DNA of 64,000 nucleotides from Bacteroidales bacterium. GTDB lineage: Bacteria; Bacteroidota; Bacteroidia; Bacteroidales; F082. Both the position numbers and the translations under genes were made by a program. The notes under the pieces were generated by a model. It was given only the letters and a program-made list of their open reading frames with translations. It ran no database searches and was not told where the DNA came from. The stretch spans positions 19,330 to 83,329 of the forward strand of contig JAFPUN010000012.1 in the NCBI GenBank assembly GCA_017395365.1. Reading direction: 5' to 3'. How positions within the stretch are numbered: the first letter of the stretch is position 1; every line of letters begins with the position of its first letter. Positions 33,953 to 43,469 of the stretch are shown here, in pieces.

Positions 33953-35614
33953 ATGGACAAGAAGAAAGCGAAGAAGGAGAAAAGGACGCAAGGTCCTGCT
34001 CCAAAACTACGAACTCGCAATATTTTATTGGCTGTTTTAAGTGGCGGCTTGCTGACAGCGGCATGGCCCACATGGGGTGTGGTGCCACTGATATTCATTG
34101 GATTCGTACCGCTGCTGCTTATCGAAGACCGTGCAGCAAAAGGCGACGGTGGCAAGGTATTTTGGCTCGGTTTCCTCGCCTTCTTGATTTGGAACACGGC
34201 CACAACCTGGTGGGTATGGAATGCCACACCGGCCGCCATCATGGCTTGGGCTCTCAATGCCATCTTCATGGCCACTGTTTTTTGGCTGTTTCACCTCACG
34301 AAAAAGAAAGTGTGCAACAACCCATGGGGTAACTTCTTCCTTATTCCATATTGGATGGCCTTTGAGATGCTTACCTACATTTGGGCTGTCAAATGGCCTT
34401 GGCTCAACTTGGGTGGTGTTTTTTCAAGCCAAGTCAGCTGGGTGCAATGGTACGAATACACGGGCTTGGCCGGGGGAACTCTGTGGGTTTTGTTAGTCAA
34501 TATCTTGATTGCCAACATTCTTCAATTCTTTAGTTCAAAAGAAGCTAAACCTATCTTAATCAGCATTGGTCTTGAGGCCATCATCCTCATCGTGCCTATC
34601 GTCATCAGCAAGTCGATGTATAAGCACTACGAGGAACAAGGCGAGGACACTGAGGTCATCGTCGTGCAGCAAAACTGCGACCCATGGAACGAGCAGTTCG
34701 ACAGTGAGTTCTATGACCAAGTGATTCAAAACAACATTAATCTCTCGCTGCCTCTGGTGACCCCAAACACGCGGTTTATCGTCAGTTCAGAATCGGCCAT
34801 CCAAGAAGGCATCTGGCTTCATGAACTTGATAAATCCAAGGCCCTCAAAACACTGCATGGGTATGTCAGTCGTTTCCCCCAGTTGGCTTTCGTCATTGGA
34901 GGCACCACCTATGAATGGGTGCCCAAAGGCATGGAAGACGATTTCCCGGCGCGGCGGGTGGGTGAAACCGACAAATACTACTATTGCCACAACTCAGCCT
35001 TGCTCATCGACAGCGTCGGCTTGCAGCACCGCAACAAGTCGCACCTTACGCCCGCGGTGGAAGCCATCCCCGAGTGGATGGGATTCTTGCGCAACTTCAG
35101 CCTCACCATGGGCATCGCACGTGGCACACTGAAAGGAGATCCAGAATCGAAAGTGATGACATTCGGCGACCATAAGATTGGGGCTGCCATCTGCTACGAG
35201 TCGGCCTTTGGCGAATATGTCAGCTCTTTCACCAAGAAAGGCGCCGACCTTCTCTTTGTCATCACCAATGATGGCTGGTGGGGCCACACGCCCGGCTATC
35301 GCCAGCACTTTGAGTTCTCAAAGTTACGGGCCATAGAAAGTCGCCGTTGCATCGCCCGTTCTGCCAATACGGGACGCTCCGGCTTCATCAACCAACGCGG
35401 TGACGTATTGCAGCAGACCCATTACTGGGTGCCTGATGCCATACGCGCCACTTTGAAAGCCAACACCAGCGTTACTTTCTATGCAAAACACGGTGATTAT
35501 CTCAGCCGCATTGCGGTTTACCTCACTTTTGTCATGCTCATCACATTAATTGCCAAGACATTCATTGATCTTGGCAAGAATAAGAAAACGGCCAAAACAG
35601 CCAAGAAAAAATGA
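33953..35614 (+). CDS. lnt: Apolipoprotein N-acyltransferase
   Basis: Multiple TM segments, then a CN-hydrolase domain with AAICYESAFGEY. ATG at 33953; the track start at 33908 is TTG and lies upstream of the promoter box. Confidence 0.85.
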   Translation: MDKKKAKKEKRTQGPAPKLRTRNILLAVLSGGLLTAAWPTWGVVPLIFIGFVPLLLIEDRAAKGDGGKVFWLGFLAFLIWNTATTWWVWNATPAAIMAWALNAIFMATVFWLFHLTKKKVCNNPWGNFFLIPYWMAFEMLTYIWAVKWPWLNLGGVFSSQVSWVQWYEYTGLAGGTLWVLLVNILIANILQFFSSKEAKPILISIGLEAIILIVPIVISKSMYKHYEEQGEDTEVIVVQQNCDPWNEQFDSEFYDQVIQNNINLSLPLVTPNTRFIVSSESAIQEGIWLHELDKSKALKTLHGYVSRFPQLAFVIGGTTYEWVPKGMEDDFPARRVGETDKYYYCHNSALLIDSVGLQHRNKSHLTPAVEAIPEWMGFLRNFSLTMGIARGTLKGDPESKVMTFGDHKIGAAICYESAFGEYVSSFTKKGADLLFVITNDGWWGHTPGYRQHFEFSKLRAIESRRCIARSANTGRSGFINQRGDVLQQTHYWVPDAIRATLKANTSVTFYAKHGDYLSRIAVYLTFVMLITLIAKTFIDLGKNKKTAKTAKKK

Positions 35615-36717
35615 GCGAAAAGACCTGCACAGATACACTCACTCATACCTCGCTCGGTATGACATGCAGGGAACGCCCCATACAGTTGTCGTTAGGTCCC
35701 TTCCAAGGTATCACTGACGCGCCCTTCCGCAATGTGTTCAAGCGGCATTTCGGTGGCATCGACAAATACTATACCCCTTTCTTTACAGGCATCCACAAGG
35801 AGGAACACGCCAAAAACCTGCAAGGCGAGGAAATCGACCCGCACTGTAATGACGTTGAGACACTGACCCCGCAGATTCTTAGTACAGATGCAGAAGAAAT
35901 CCTGCGCTTCGCCAAACAATGTCAACAACTTGGTTACAAGGAAATCAACCTCAACATGGGCTGTCCCTTCCCGAGGGTGGCCAATAAAAAACGTGGCAGT
36001 GGCCTCCTGCCCTACCCCGACAAGGTGGATGCCATGCTGGAGCGCATTTTCGAAGAAATCGACATCAAGTTCAGTGTGAAATGCCGCTTGGGGTATTTCA
36101 GCCCGGAGGAGATTGATGCCATAATTCCAATCTTCAACAAATATCCTATAAGCGAATTAATCATCCATCCTCGCATCGGCAAGCAGCTTTACAAAGGAGA
36201 AGCTGATGTGGAACGCTTTAAGGCTTTAATTCCTTATATTAATGCACCTTTGGTATATAATGGGGATATTGTTTCGGTGGAAAGCTTTGTAAGGATTAAT
36301 GGTATTCTGAATGACGGTCCTTCGACAGGCTCAGGAGCCTGCAAAACTGTTGAGCAGTTCATGCTCGGACGAGGCATTTTGGCAAATCCGTTCTTGGCTG
36401 AACAGATTAAAAACAACATAGCGGACGCATGCAATGCGTCCCTACAGGGGCAACCCGTTGGTACACACAACGTGTGCCCTCCCAACCACGACAAAACGGA
36501 ACGTCTGCATAATTACGTCCTCGACCTGTATGAAGACCGCCTGCACCATGCCGGTGGCAGCCCGAAGGTGCTGGGGCGCATGAAGGAGCTATGGTCGTAT
36601 CTGATGAACAGCTTTGAAGAGCCTCAGGTGGTTTGGCGAAAGATAAAGAAGCTTAATGCACTGAAGGAATACGAGGATGCCGTCGAGGCCATCTTCAAAG
36701 AGATTCCAATCAAATGA
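35611..36717 (+). CDS. tRNA-dihydrouridine synthase family protein, with two in-frame repeat-derived insertions
   Basis: LGPFQGITDAPFRNVFKRHFG, EINLNMGCPFPRVANKKRGSGLL, YNGDI...MLGRGILANPFL. ATGA overlap with lnt. Confidence 0.8.
   Translation: MSEKTCTDTLTHTSLGMTCRERPIQLSLGPFQGITDAPFRNVFKRHFGGIDKYYTPFFTGIHKEEHAKNLQGEEIDPHCNDVETLTPQILSTDAEEILRFAKQCQQLGYKEINLNMGCPFPRVANKKRGSGLLPYPDKVDAMLERIFEEIDIKFSVKCRLGYFSPEEIDAIIPIFNKYPISELIIHPRIGKQLYKGEADVERFKALIPYINAPLVYNGDIVSVESFVRINGILNDGPSTGSGACKTVEQFMLGRGILANPFLAEQIKNNIADACNASLQGQPVGTHNVCPPNHDKTERLHNYVLDLYEDRLHHAGGSPKVLGRMKELWSYLMNSFEEPQVVWRKIKKLNALKEYEDAVEAIFKEIPIK
36316..36339 (+). repeat. Copy of the ccttcgacaggctcagg repeat family inside dus (encodes GPSTGSGA)
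   Basis: ggtccttcgacaggctcaggagcc compared with the intergenic copies at 47734 and 19037. Confidence 0.7.
36423..36445 (+). repeat. GACGC-type hairpin ggacgcat-gca-atgcgtcc-ctac inside dus
   Basis: 8-bp stem. Same architecture as the intergenic gtagagacgcga-taaa-tcgcgtctctac at 61467. Confidence 0.65.
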
Positions 36718-36744
36718 AAAAGCCCACTGTTCGATGGGCTTTTT
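36717..36744. terminator. Bidirectional terminator between dus and rocD
   Basis: aaaaagccca-ctgttcga-tgggcttttt. Confidence 0.7.
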
Positions 36745-36755
36745 CATTCGTTTCA

Positions 36756-37988
36756 TCATTCGAACGAGGCGATGGCCTTCTTGATGATTTCGATGGCTTC
36801 GCGGAGCTCGGCTTCGGTGATGACCAAGGGCGGGGCGAATCGGATGATGTGCTGATGGGTAGGCTTGGCCAGCAGGCCGAGGTCACGCATCTTCAAGCAC
36901 ACATCCCAAGCTTCCTTACCGTCTTTGGGCTTGATGATGACGGCGTTCAACAGACCTTTACCACGCACCTTCTCAATCATCGGGCTCTTGATCTTACCGA
37001 TTTCCTCACGGAAGATCTTACCAAGACGCTCGGCATTCTCCATCAGGTGCTCTTCTTTGATGACTTCAAGGGCGGCGATGCTCACACGGGCAGCAATCGG
37101 GTTGCCACCGAAGGTCGAACCGTGCTCACCAGGCTTGATGTTCAACATAATGTCATCATCTGCCAAAACACAGGAAACCGGCACTACACCGCCACCGAGG
37201 GCCTTACCCAGGATGAGGATATCGGGGCGCACGCCTTCGTGGTCGCAAGCCAGCATCTTCCCCGTACGGGCGATACCGCACTGCACCTCGTCGGCCATGA
37301 ACAGCACATTGTACTTCTTGCAGATATCATAGCACTTCTTCAGGTAGCCATCGTCCGGCACATAGACACCAGCCTCACCTTGGATGGGCTCCAGCAGGAA
37401 ACCAGCAATTTCCTTACCTTCCTTAGCCAGCACTTGTTCCAGTGCATCGGGGGCGTTGTAAGGGATGCGGATGAAACCGGGAGTCATGGGGCCGTAGTTG
37501 GCATATGACTCGGGGTCGTTACTCATCGTGATGATGGTGATGGTACGGCCGTGGAAGTTGCCTTCGCAGCAAACGATCTTCACCTTGTCGTTCGGGATAC
37601 CCTTCTTGACGACACCCCAACGGCGGGCAAGTTTCAGACCTGTCTCATCGGCTTCGGCGCCCGAGTTCATAGGCAGCACCTTGTCGTAGCCAAAGTATTC
37701 GGTCACATATTTCTCCCACACGCCGAGTGCGTCGTTATAGAAGGCGCGGCTGCTGAGGGTGAGGCGCTCGGCCTGGTCGGTCATGGCCTTGATGATTTTC
37801 GGGTGGCAGTGGCCTTGGTTGACAGCGGAATAAGCCGAAAGGAAGTCAAAGTACTCTTTTCCTTCGACATCCCACACTTTGGCGCCCTTACCCTTGGCGA
37901 GGACGACCGGCAGCGGGTGATAGTTATGGGCACCGTACTTGGCTTCCAGGTCCATAGCTTGTTGTGATGATGTGATTTTCTCGATCAT
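36756..37988 (-). CDS. rocD: Ornithine--oxo-acid aminotransferase
   Basis: [49 protein letters not shown] and class-III aminotransferase features. Confidence 0.85.
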   Translation of the reverse strand: MIEKITSSQQAMDLEAKYGAHNYHPLPVVLAKGKGAKVWDVEGKEYFDFLSAYSAVNQGHCHPKIIKAMTDQAERLTLSSRAFYNDALGVWEKYVTEYFGYDKVLPMNSGAEADETGLKLARRWGVVKKGIPNDKVKIVCCEGNFHGRTITIITMSNDPESYANYGPMTPGFIRIPYNAPDALEQVLAKEGKEIAGFLLEPIQGEAGVYVPDDGYLKKCYDICKKYNVLFMADEVQCGIARTGKMLACDHEGVRPDILILGKALGGGVVPVSCVLADDDIMLNIKPGEHGSTFGGNPIAARVSIAALEVIKEEHLMENAERLGKIFREEIGKIKSPMIEKVRGKGLLNAVIIKPKDGKEAWDVCLKMRDLGLLAKPTHQHIIRFAPPLVITEAELREAIEIIKKAIASFE

Positions 37989-37996
37989 GATTTAGT

Positions 37997-38020
37997 ATTT
38001 AAGATTTAAGATTTAAGATT
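37997..38020. repeat. Tandem heptamer (atttaag) x3.4 in the rocD leader
   Basis: Lies between the -7 box at 38033-38040 and the start codon at 37988. Confidence 0.8.
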
Positions 38021-38032
38021 CAAAAATTCGTG

Positions 38033-38040
38033 CAAATTTA
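38033..38040 (-). promoter_or_regulatory. -7 box (TAaaTTTG) for rocD
   Basis: Plus strand caaattta. Confidence 0.45.
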
Positions 38041-38058
38041 GGGTTTTATTTCATGACT

Positions 38059-39477
38059 TCACACTTTTGCTCGTTTTTTCCGAACAATTTTATAGGCAAT
38101 CGCCAAGACAAGGGCAAAAATAGCCATAGCCAACAGGCCGAAGAATGCCAAACGATACTGGTCACGTTGGGATTGGAGGGTTTGAATTTGGGCGTTTTTG
38201 GAGAGAAGGCTTTGCACTTCCTCTTCCAATTCACCTTTTTGCTCATAAAGATCAGCATTCTCACGCGAAAGAGCCGCGTGCTGTTCATCAAGCTCGTTCA
38301 ACTTCTTCTCCATCTCTTCAAAACGACCTAGCCTTGCATAATCGAGGATCAAAGACTTCCTAACAGCATGTTCCATCATGGTGATGCCTGAGCAGGATGC
38401 CTCCTTTTCATATCTTTCCAAATACTGCAGCGATTTTTTTGCTTGGCCCTGTTGGGCATAGAGTTGGCCGAGTCCAACAGCAGCCTGCATCTGTCCAAAA
38501 TGATAGCGATTATTCTCAGCTAACACCAAAGCTTCTTCATAGTAGTCTGTGGCCTTTGCATATTCCATTCTTGCTGCAGCCACGTTTCCCAATTCGGTTA
38601 ACACATCTGCTTTTGTATTGGCCATGGTTTGACGGTCTTGACGCGAAAGGCCTTCCAAAGCAGTAATCTCCAATGCCTTGTCAAAATAATAGCTGGCCGA
38701 ATCGTAGTCTACGAAATCACGCTCAAACAAGAGGCCATAATTCTTGTAGGCAAGCAACAGAAAATCGTAATTCTTAAATGCTTTAAGCCGCGGAATTACA
38801 GAAATATAGAGTCTCTTGGCTTCTTCAGCCATATCATTTTCACCATAAAGTGTGGCAAGATTAAAATCGGTTTGGGCGAGATTTGCACTATCGTTGAGCA
38901 ACACGTAATACTTCCTACTAGACTTTAGTGCCTCAATTGAAGCATTGAAATCATCCAACTGAAAATAGATTACAGCCAAATTGGCTAAAGTCTGCGCACA
39001 AGCCAAAGTGTCAATCCGTTGCTCCGCCAACGAAAGCACCTCATTATAAGCAATGCGTGCCGAATCCATATTGCCCAACACCAATTCAAAATAAGCATGA
39101 TTCCATAAAGCGTCAAAGGCCTTCGCCTCATTGCCTGCTTCCTCATACAAATTATGGGCTTTTTGCAAATAGTCTTGGGCAAGGTCAAGGTCGTTATGAT
39201 AGCCATACTGCATACCAAGCGCATAGGCGGCCTGTGCTTCAAGTTCTCGTTCACCCGATTCGAGTGCTAATCCCATGGCCTTCTCACCCCATGCGATGCC
39301 ATCGTCAAAAGAGACATCATAAAAAGCCCAAACCATTTGTATCATGGTTTTTATCCTCTCGGGCCCCTGTTGCCCCGCCAACGCATTTTCAAGGCTATCA
39401 ACAACATGGGTGTCATCTTGGGCAAAAGCCCAAGTCGAGCCTAAAACCATCGCTACTATGAGCAACAACTTTTTCAT
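38059..39477 (-). CDS. Tetratricopeptide-repeat protein with C-terminal coiled coil and TM anchor
   Basis: Signal peptide, many TPR-like repeats, a coiled coil and the terminal LAFFGLLAMAIFALVLAIAY. Confidence 0.7.
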   Translation of the reverse strand: MKKLLLIVAMVLGSTWAFAQDDTHVVDSLENALAGQQGPERIKTMIQMVWAFYDVSFDDGIAWGEKAMGLALESGERELEAQAAYALGMQYGYHNDLDLAQDYLQKAHNLYEEAGNEAKAFDALWNHAYFELVLGNMDSARIAYNEVLSLAEQRIDTLACAQTLANLAVIYFQLDDFNASIEALKSSRKYYVLLNDSANLAQTDFNLATLYGENDMAEEAKRLYISVIPRLKAFKNYDFLLLAYKNYGLLFERDFVDYDSASYYFDKALEITALEGLSRQDRQTMANTKADVLTELGNVAAARMEYAKATDYYEEALVLAENNRYHFGQMQAAVGLGQLYAQQGQAKKSLQYLERYEKEASCSGITMMEHAVRKSLILDYARLGRFEEMEKKLNELDEQHAALSRENADLYEQKGELEEEVQSLLSKNAQIQTLQSQRDQYRLAFFGLLAMAIFALVLAIAYKIVRKKRAKV

Positions 39478-40118
39478 CAGAGGAACATATTGTATCTTCT
39501 TTCGTCAAAAATCGTGGTGCTTTCGCCGTGACCAGAATAAACCTCTGTATCATCGGGCAAATGGAACAGGCGCTCGATGATGTTCGTGCGGAGCTGCTCG
39601 TAGTTGCCGCCTGGGAAATCGGTGCGGCCAATGCTACGGCAAAAAAGGGCATCGCCGGTGAAGACCCAGCCTTCCATCAGGGCATAAAGACTAATGCTGC
39701 CCATAGCATGGCCTGGCGTACTGATGACCTCAAGGGTGCTCTCCCCTATCTTGATGATTTCGCCATCTTCAAGGTCGCGGTCCGGCAACTCACTCTCGCC
39801 ATCAAAAGGCAGCCCAAACATTTGCGCCTGCTGATGCGACCTCTGGAAATCGCTTTTCACATTGGGATGCGCCGCCACCTCGATGCCGTAACGCTTTTTC
39901 ACTGCTGCATTGCCTACAATATGGTCGATATGGCCATGTGTATTGATGGCCATTAGCGGCTTGAGGCGATGGCTGTCGATGAAGCCGAAGAGTTCGTTTT
40001 CTTCAGAAGCATTAGAGCATCCTGGATCAATAATGACACACTCTTTAGTGTTGTCATCGTATACGACATAGGTATTTTCCGCGAAAGGGTTGAAGACAAA
40101 TTGTTCGAATTGGAGCAT
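39477..40118 (-). CDS. MBL-fold metallo-hydrolase (glyoxalase II-like)
   Basis: INTHGHIDHIVGN metal-binding motif. ATG at 40118. The track extension to 40181 reads through a repeat element. Confidence 0.8.
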   Translation of the reverse strand: MLQFEQFVFNPFAENTYVVYDDNTKECVIIDPGCSNASEENELFGFIDSHRLKPLMAINTHGHIDHIVGNAAVKKRYGIEVAAHPNVKSDFQRSHQQAQMFGLPFDGESELPDRDLEDGEIIKIGESTLEVISTPGHAMGSISLYALMEGWVFTGDALFCRSIGRTDFPGGNYEQLRTNIIERLFHLPDDTEVYSGHGESTTIFDERRYNMFL

Positions 40119-40135
40119 AATAACTATTTTGAGGC

Positions 40136-40173
40136 GGCCCTTCGACCCTTCGGTGGGCTCAGGGCTCTGGGAC
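40136..40173 (+). repeat. Variant copy of the ggcccttcgac...ggctcaggg repeat family in the 5' leader of the MBL gene
   Basis: ggcccttcgacccttcggtgggctcagggctctgggac. Confidence 0.65.
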
Positions 40174-40194
40174 TGTAGCATGTGTTTTTCGGGG

Positions 40195-40202
40195 CAAAGG
40201 TA
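40195..40202 (-). promoter_or_regulatory. -7 box (TAccTTTG) for the MBL-TPR operon
   Basis: Plus strand caaaggta. Confidence 0.45.
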
Positions 40203-40235
40203 GGGATTTTTCCGCAGTATTCTAAAGAATTTACC

Positions 40236-40243
40236 TATCTTTG
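40236..40243 (+). promoter_or_regulatory. -7 box TAtcTTTG
   Basis: 26 nt upstream of the ATG at 40269. Confidence 0.5.
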
Positions 40244-40268
40244 TCCGCTAATTCGGTATTAAAATAAA

Positions 40269-43200
40269 ATGTCGTCGAAAACGAAATACGCGATTCTCTT
40301 GCTGCTGTTTATGGCGGTGATGCTTCCAGCTCATGCCCAGTTCTACAACGGTATGAATATGTCCTTTGGGAAGAACCGCGTACAGTGGGGCGACTTCCAT
40401 TGGTCGTACTATAAGAACGACAATTTCGACGTATATTTCTACCAAGGCGGCGATGACCTCGCCCGCTATGCCCAAGCCTATGCCAAAGACCAAATCCCAC
40501 GTCTCGAGACCCGATTGAGCAGCCGTTTCGGAAAGAAAATCCAGTTCATCGTGTTCAACAGCAAGAGCGACTTCAAGCAAAGCAACATCGACCTTGAGGA
40601 AGAGGAAAACGGCAACACGGGCGGCATTACCAAAATTATCGGGTCGAAAGTCATCCTTTACTTTGATGGCGACTATACCCACTTCGAGGCACAAATCCGT
40701 GAAGGCATAGCCAGGTTGCTGTTCAGCCAGGTGATGAACGGCATTAGCATCGGTTCACAAATCCGCAGCTCTTACCGCTACAACATCCCACAATGGTTCC
40801 AAGATGGATTGGTGACTTATATCGCGGGCAACTGGGACAGCCATAAGGAAGCCCAATTGCAACGCGGCATCATGTCAGGCGACTACAAGAAAATCAACCA
40901 TCTGCGCGATGACGATGCACTTATCGCAGGCTATTCGTTTTGGAATTTCATTGACGAACAATTCGGCAGCAAGTCGTTCAACGACATCATGACCCGGGCC
41001 GAGAACACCCAAAATGTCAAGAAAGCCCTATTGTATGTCACGGGTAAAGAATACAAGACATTGGTTGAAGAATGGTACGACTTTTACAAAGCACGCTATG
41101 AGACGCTTTTGGTCAACCAGCCCACTGATGTCATGCACTTGAAGTACAAGAAATACCGCACCTTTACTCAACCATCCATCAGCCCGAACGGCAAATACAT
41201 CGCCTATGTCAGCAACGACGAAGGCAAGATACGACTTTGGCTCGAAGACCTTCAAACAGGCAAGCGGCAACAGCTATTCAAGGCAGGCTACCGCTCCGAC
41301 GAGAACATCGACACATCGTTCCCGCTCTTGGCCTGGCACCCCAACGGAGAGATTCTTTCGTTCATCCTTGAAGAGGAAGGCAAAATCCAACTATACAACT
41401 TGGACATTAATTCAGGCAAAAAAGCAAATATTTATCTGTTTGATTTCCAAAAGGTAAGTTCATTCTCTTACGCACACAAAAGCCGTAAGATTGTGCTCGC
41501 TGCCACCCGTATGGGCAAACCCGACATTTATGTCTATAACCTGTTTTCGAACACGGTGGAACAAATCACCAATGACTGGCACACCGACTTGAGCCCTGTC
41601 TTCACCTATGACGACCGCCAAATCGTATTCAGTTCAAACCGCGACAACGACACTTTGAAAATTGATGACAAAATCGGCTTCCAAAACAAGCAGTTTGACC
41701 TTTATGCCTACAACTATATTAATAAAGGTGACATGCTCCAAAACCTCACGCAACAGCGTTACTCCAACAACACGCTGCCAGAGCCGTTGAAAGACGGCAG
41801 CTTGCTCTATCTCAACGACACCAGCGGTTATTATAACCTTTACCAAATTCGATTCGATAGCGCCATCAGCCATATCGACACCATCGTTCATTACCGCTAT
41901 TTCGGCAAGAAAGAACAACTTACGGACTACTCTGCCAACATCATCGACTATGCCTACCAACCTCGCGACCACAAAGCCGCCCTACTGATGGCCGACCAAA
42001 AAGGCGAGAAGTTTTTCATGTCACCTATCCTACGCGGCCATGAAGAAACCGTCCGGCAGATGAATCCATACGCCCAAAAGAGGATGCTCGACGAACGAAT
42101 CCAGAAAGAGAAAGACACCATAGCGGAGCCCATTTCCAAGCACCGTTTCTCATCGAGCTACCGATTCGCGCGTCGCAAACATGCCATTGGCGGGCCTCTT
42201 GGAAACGACTCATCTCAAGTTGTGAAAGGCAACGATGAAGTGCCAAGACCGAGGCAGAAAGACACCATACAACGCCCCAACAACTACTATGTGGAGCTTT
42301 TTGCTGATGAGCTGATGAGCCAAATCGACTTCACCAGCATGAACTACAGCTACCAACCCTTCACCGGCGGCTACTCTCCCATCTATCTCAACTCGGGCTT
42401 CAACATATTCCTTGGCACCAAGATGAAGGACCTGATGGAAGACTATAAGATAGAACTCGGCGTGAAGCTCAATACCAGCCTCACCAACAACGAATACATG
42501 CTGCGTTTCAGCGACTACAGCAAACGCCTCGACAAGAGTATCACCCTACACCGCTATGTCACCGACGATTACTCAAGTTACTACTACCGCACCTTCACCA
42601 ACGAGGCGTTCTATACCTTGAGTTATCCTTTCAGCGAGATCTTAAGCCTTCGTGGCACAGCCATCTACCGCCTTGACCATAGAGTCAACTTGGCTATCGA
42701 CGACTTTAGTCTGGCTGACAAAGACAGGTATGAAAACTGGGGAGGTGTAAGGGCTGAACTCGTTTACGACAACTCAAAGAAAATCGGGACCAATCTGCTT
42801 GTCGGGGCTCGTGGCAAAGTGTTTGCCGAATATTACCAACGCATTGCCCGCAACACCAACAACATGATCGTCGTTGGCTTCGACTACCGCCATTATACCC
42901 GCATCAGTCGCAATTTCATCTGGGCCAACCGCATCGCAGGTAGCAGTTCGTTCGGACAACAAAAACTCATCTATTACATGGGCGGTGTCGACAACTGGAT
43001 ATTGGCCTCCTTCGACCAAGGGGCACCTGTCGACTACTCGCAAAACTATGCCTATCAAACCCTTGCCACCAATATGCGCGGCTTCAGCCAGAACATCCGC
43101 AACGGCAACAACTTCGTCGTGTTGAACAGCGAACTACGATTCCCCGTGTTCAGCTATTTCATGAATCGACCCATCAACATGAAATTCATCCGTGACTTCC

Positions 43201-43469
43201 AAATCGTTGCCTTCGGTGACCTCGGCACCGCATGGACGGGCTGGAACCCTTACGACCCGAGCAACTCACTCTACAACACACACATCAGCGACGGCAACTT
43301 GGACATCGTTGTCACCGAGATGAAGGAACCTCTGGTGGGCGGCATCGGAGTGGGGTTGCGCACCAGTATTTTCGGCTATTTCGTAAGAGGTGATGTGGCT
43401 TGGGGGATACAAGACGGGCAAATCAACAAGAAACCAAGATATTATCTATCGTTTAACCTCGATTTCTGA
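40269..43469 (+). CDS. Large outer-membrane protein: TolB-like (PD40) beta-propeller repeats plus C-terminal Omp85/BamA-type barrel
   Basis: ISPNGKYIAYVSNDEGKIRLWLEDLQTGK and similar PD40-like repeats. C-terminal barrel ends GDVAWGIQDG...YYLSFNLDF. Confidence 0.6.
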   Translation: MSSKTKYAILLLLFMAVMLPAHAQFYNGMNMSFGKNRVQWGDFHWSYYKNDNFDVYFYQGGDDLARYAQAYAKDQIPRLETRLSSRFGKKIQFIVFNSKSDFKQSNIDLEEEENGNTGGITKIIGSKVILYFDGDYTHFEAQIREGIARLLFSQVMNGISIGSQIRSSYRYNIPQWFQDGLVTYIAGNWDSHKEAQLQRGIMSGDYKKINHLRDDDALIAGYSFWNFIDEQFGSKSFNDIMTRAENTQNVKKALLYVTGKEYKTLVEEWYDFYKARYETLLVNQPTDVMHLKYKKYRTFTQPSISPNGKYIAYVSNDEGKIRLWLEDLQTGKRQQLFKAGYRSDENIDTSFPLLAWHPNGEILSFILEEEGKIQLYNLDINSGKKANIYLFDFQKVSSFSYAHKSRKIVLAATRMGKPDIYVYNLFSNTVEQITNDWHTDLSPVFTYDDRQIVFSSNRDNDTLKIDDKIGFQNKQFDLYAYNYINKGDMLQNLTQQRYSNNTLPEPLKDGSLLYLNDTSGYYNLYQIRFDSAISHIDTIVHYRYFGKKEQLTDYSANIIDYAYQPRDHKAALLMADQKGEKFFMSPILRGHEETVRQMNPYAQKRMLDERIQKEKDTIAEPISKHRFSSSYRFARRKHAIGGPLGNDSSQVVKGNDEVPRPRQKDTIQRPNNYYVELFADELMSQIDFTSMNYSYQPFTGGYSPIYLNSGFNIFLGTKMKDLMEDYKIELGVKLNTSLTNNEYMLRFSDYSKRLDKSITLHRYVTDDYSSYYYRTFTNEAFYTLSYPFSEILSLRGTAIYRLDHRVNLAIDDFSLADKDRYENWGGVRAELVYDNSKKIGTNLLVGARGKVFAEYYQRIARNTNNMIVVGFDYRHYTRISRNFIWANRIAGSSSFGQQKLIYYMGGVDNWILASFDQGAPVDYSQNYAYQTLATNMRGFSQNIRNGNNFVVLNSELRFPVFSYFMNRPINMKFIRDFQIVAFGDLGTAWTGWNPYDPSNSLYNTHISDGNLDIVVTEMKEPLVGGIGVGLRTSIFGYFVRGDVAWGIQDGQINKKPRYYLSFNLDF

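Noticed and set aside
33829-34275. N-terminal 149-aa extension of the HprK-like ORF (track start 34275)
   Set aside because: The extension runs antisense through the lnt start and both divergent -7 boxes. The ATG at 33828, 17 nt downstream of a -7 box, gives a protein that begins cleanly.
36714-37508. 264-aa plus-strand ORF
   Set aside because: It is antisense to rocD, which has unambiguous aminotransferase motifs.
37997-38020. Possible CRISPR or other array among the short tandem repeats (also 45036, 13391, 62556)
   Set aside because: The units are 7-10 nt with no spacers and at most 4 copies, and no cas genes are present. These are simple tandem repeats.
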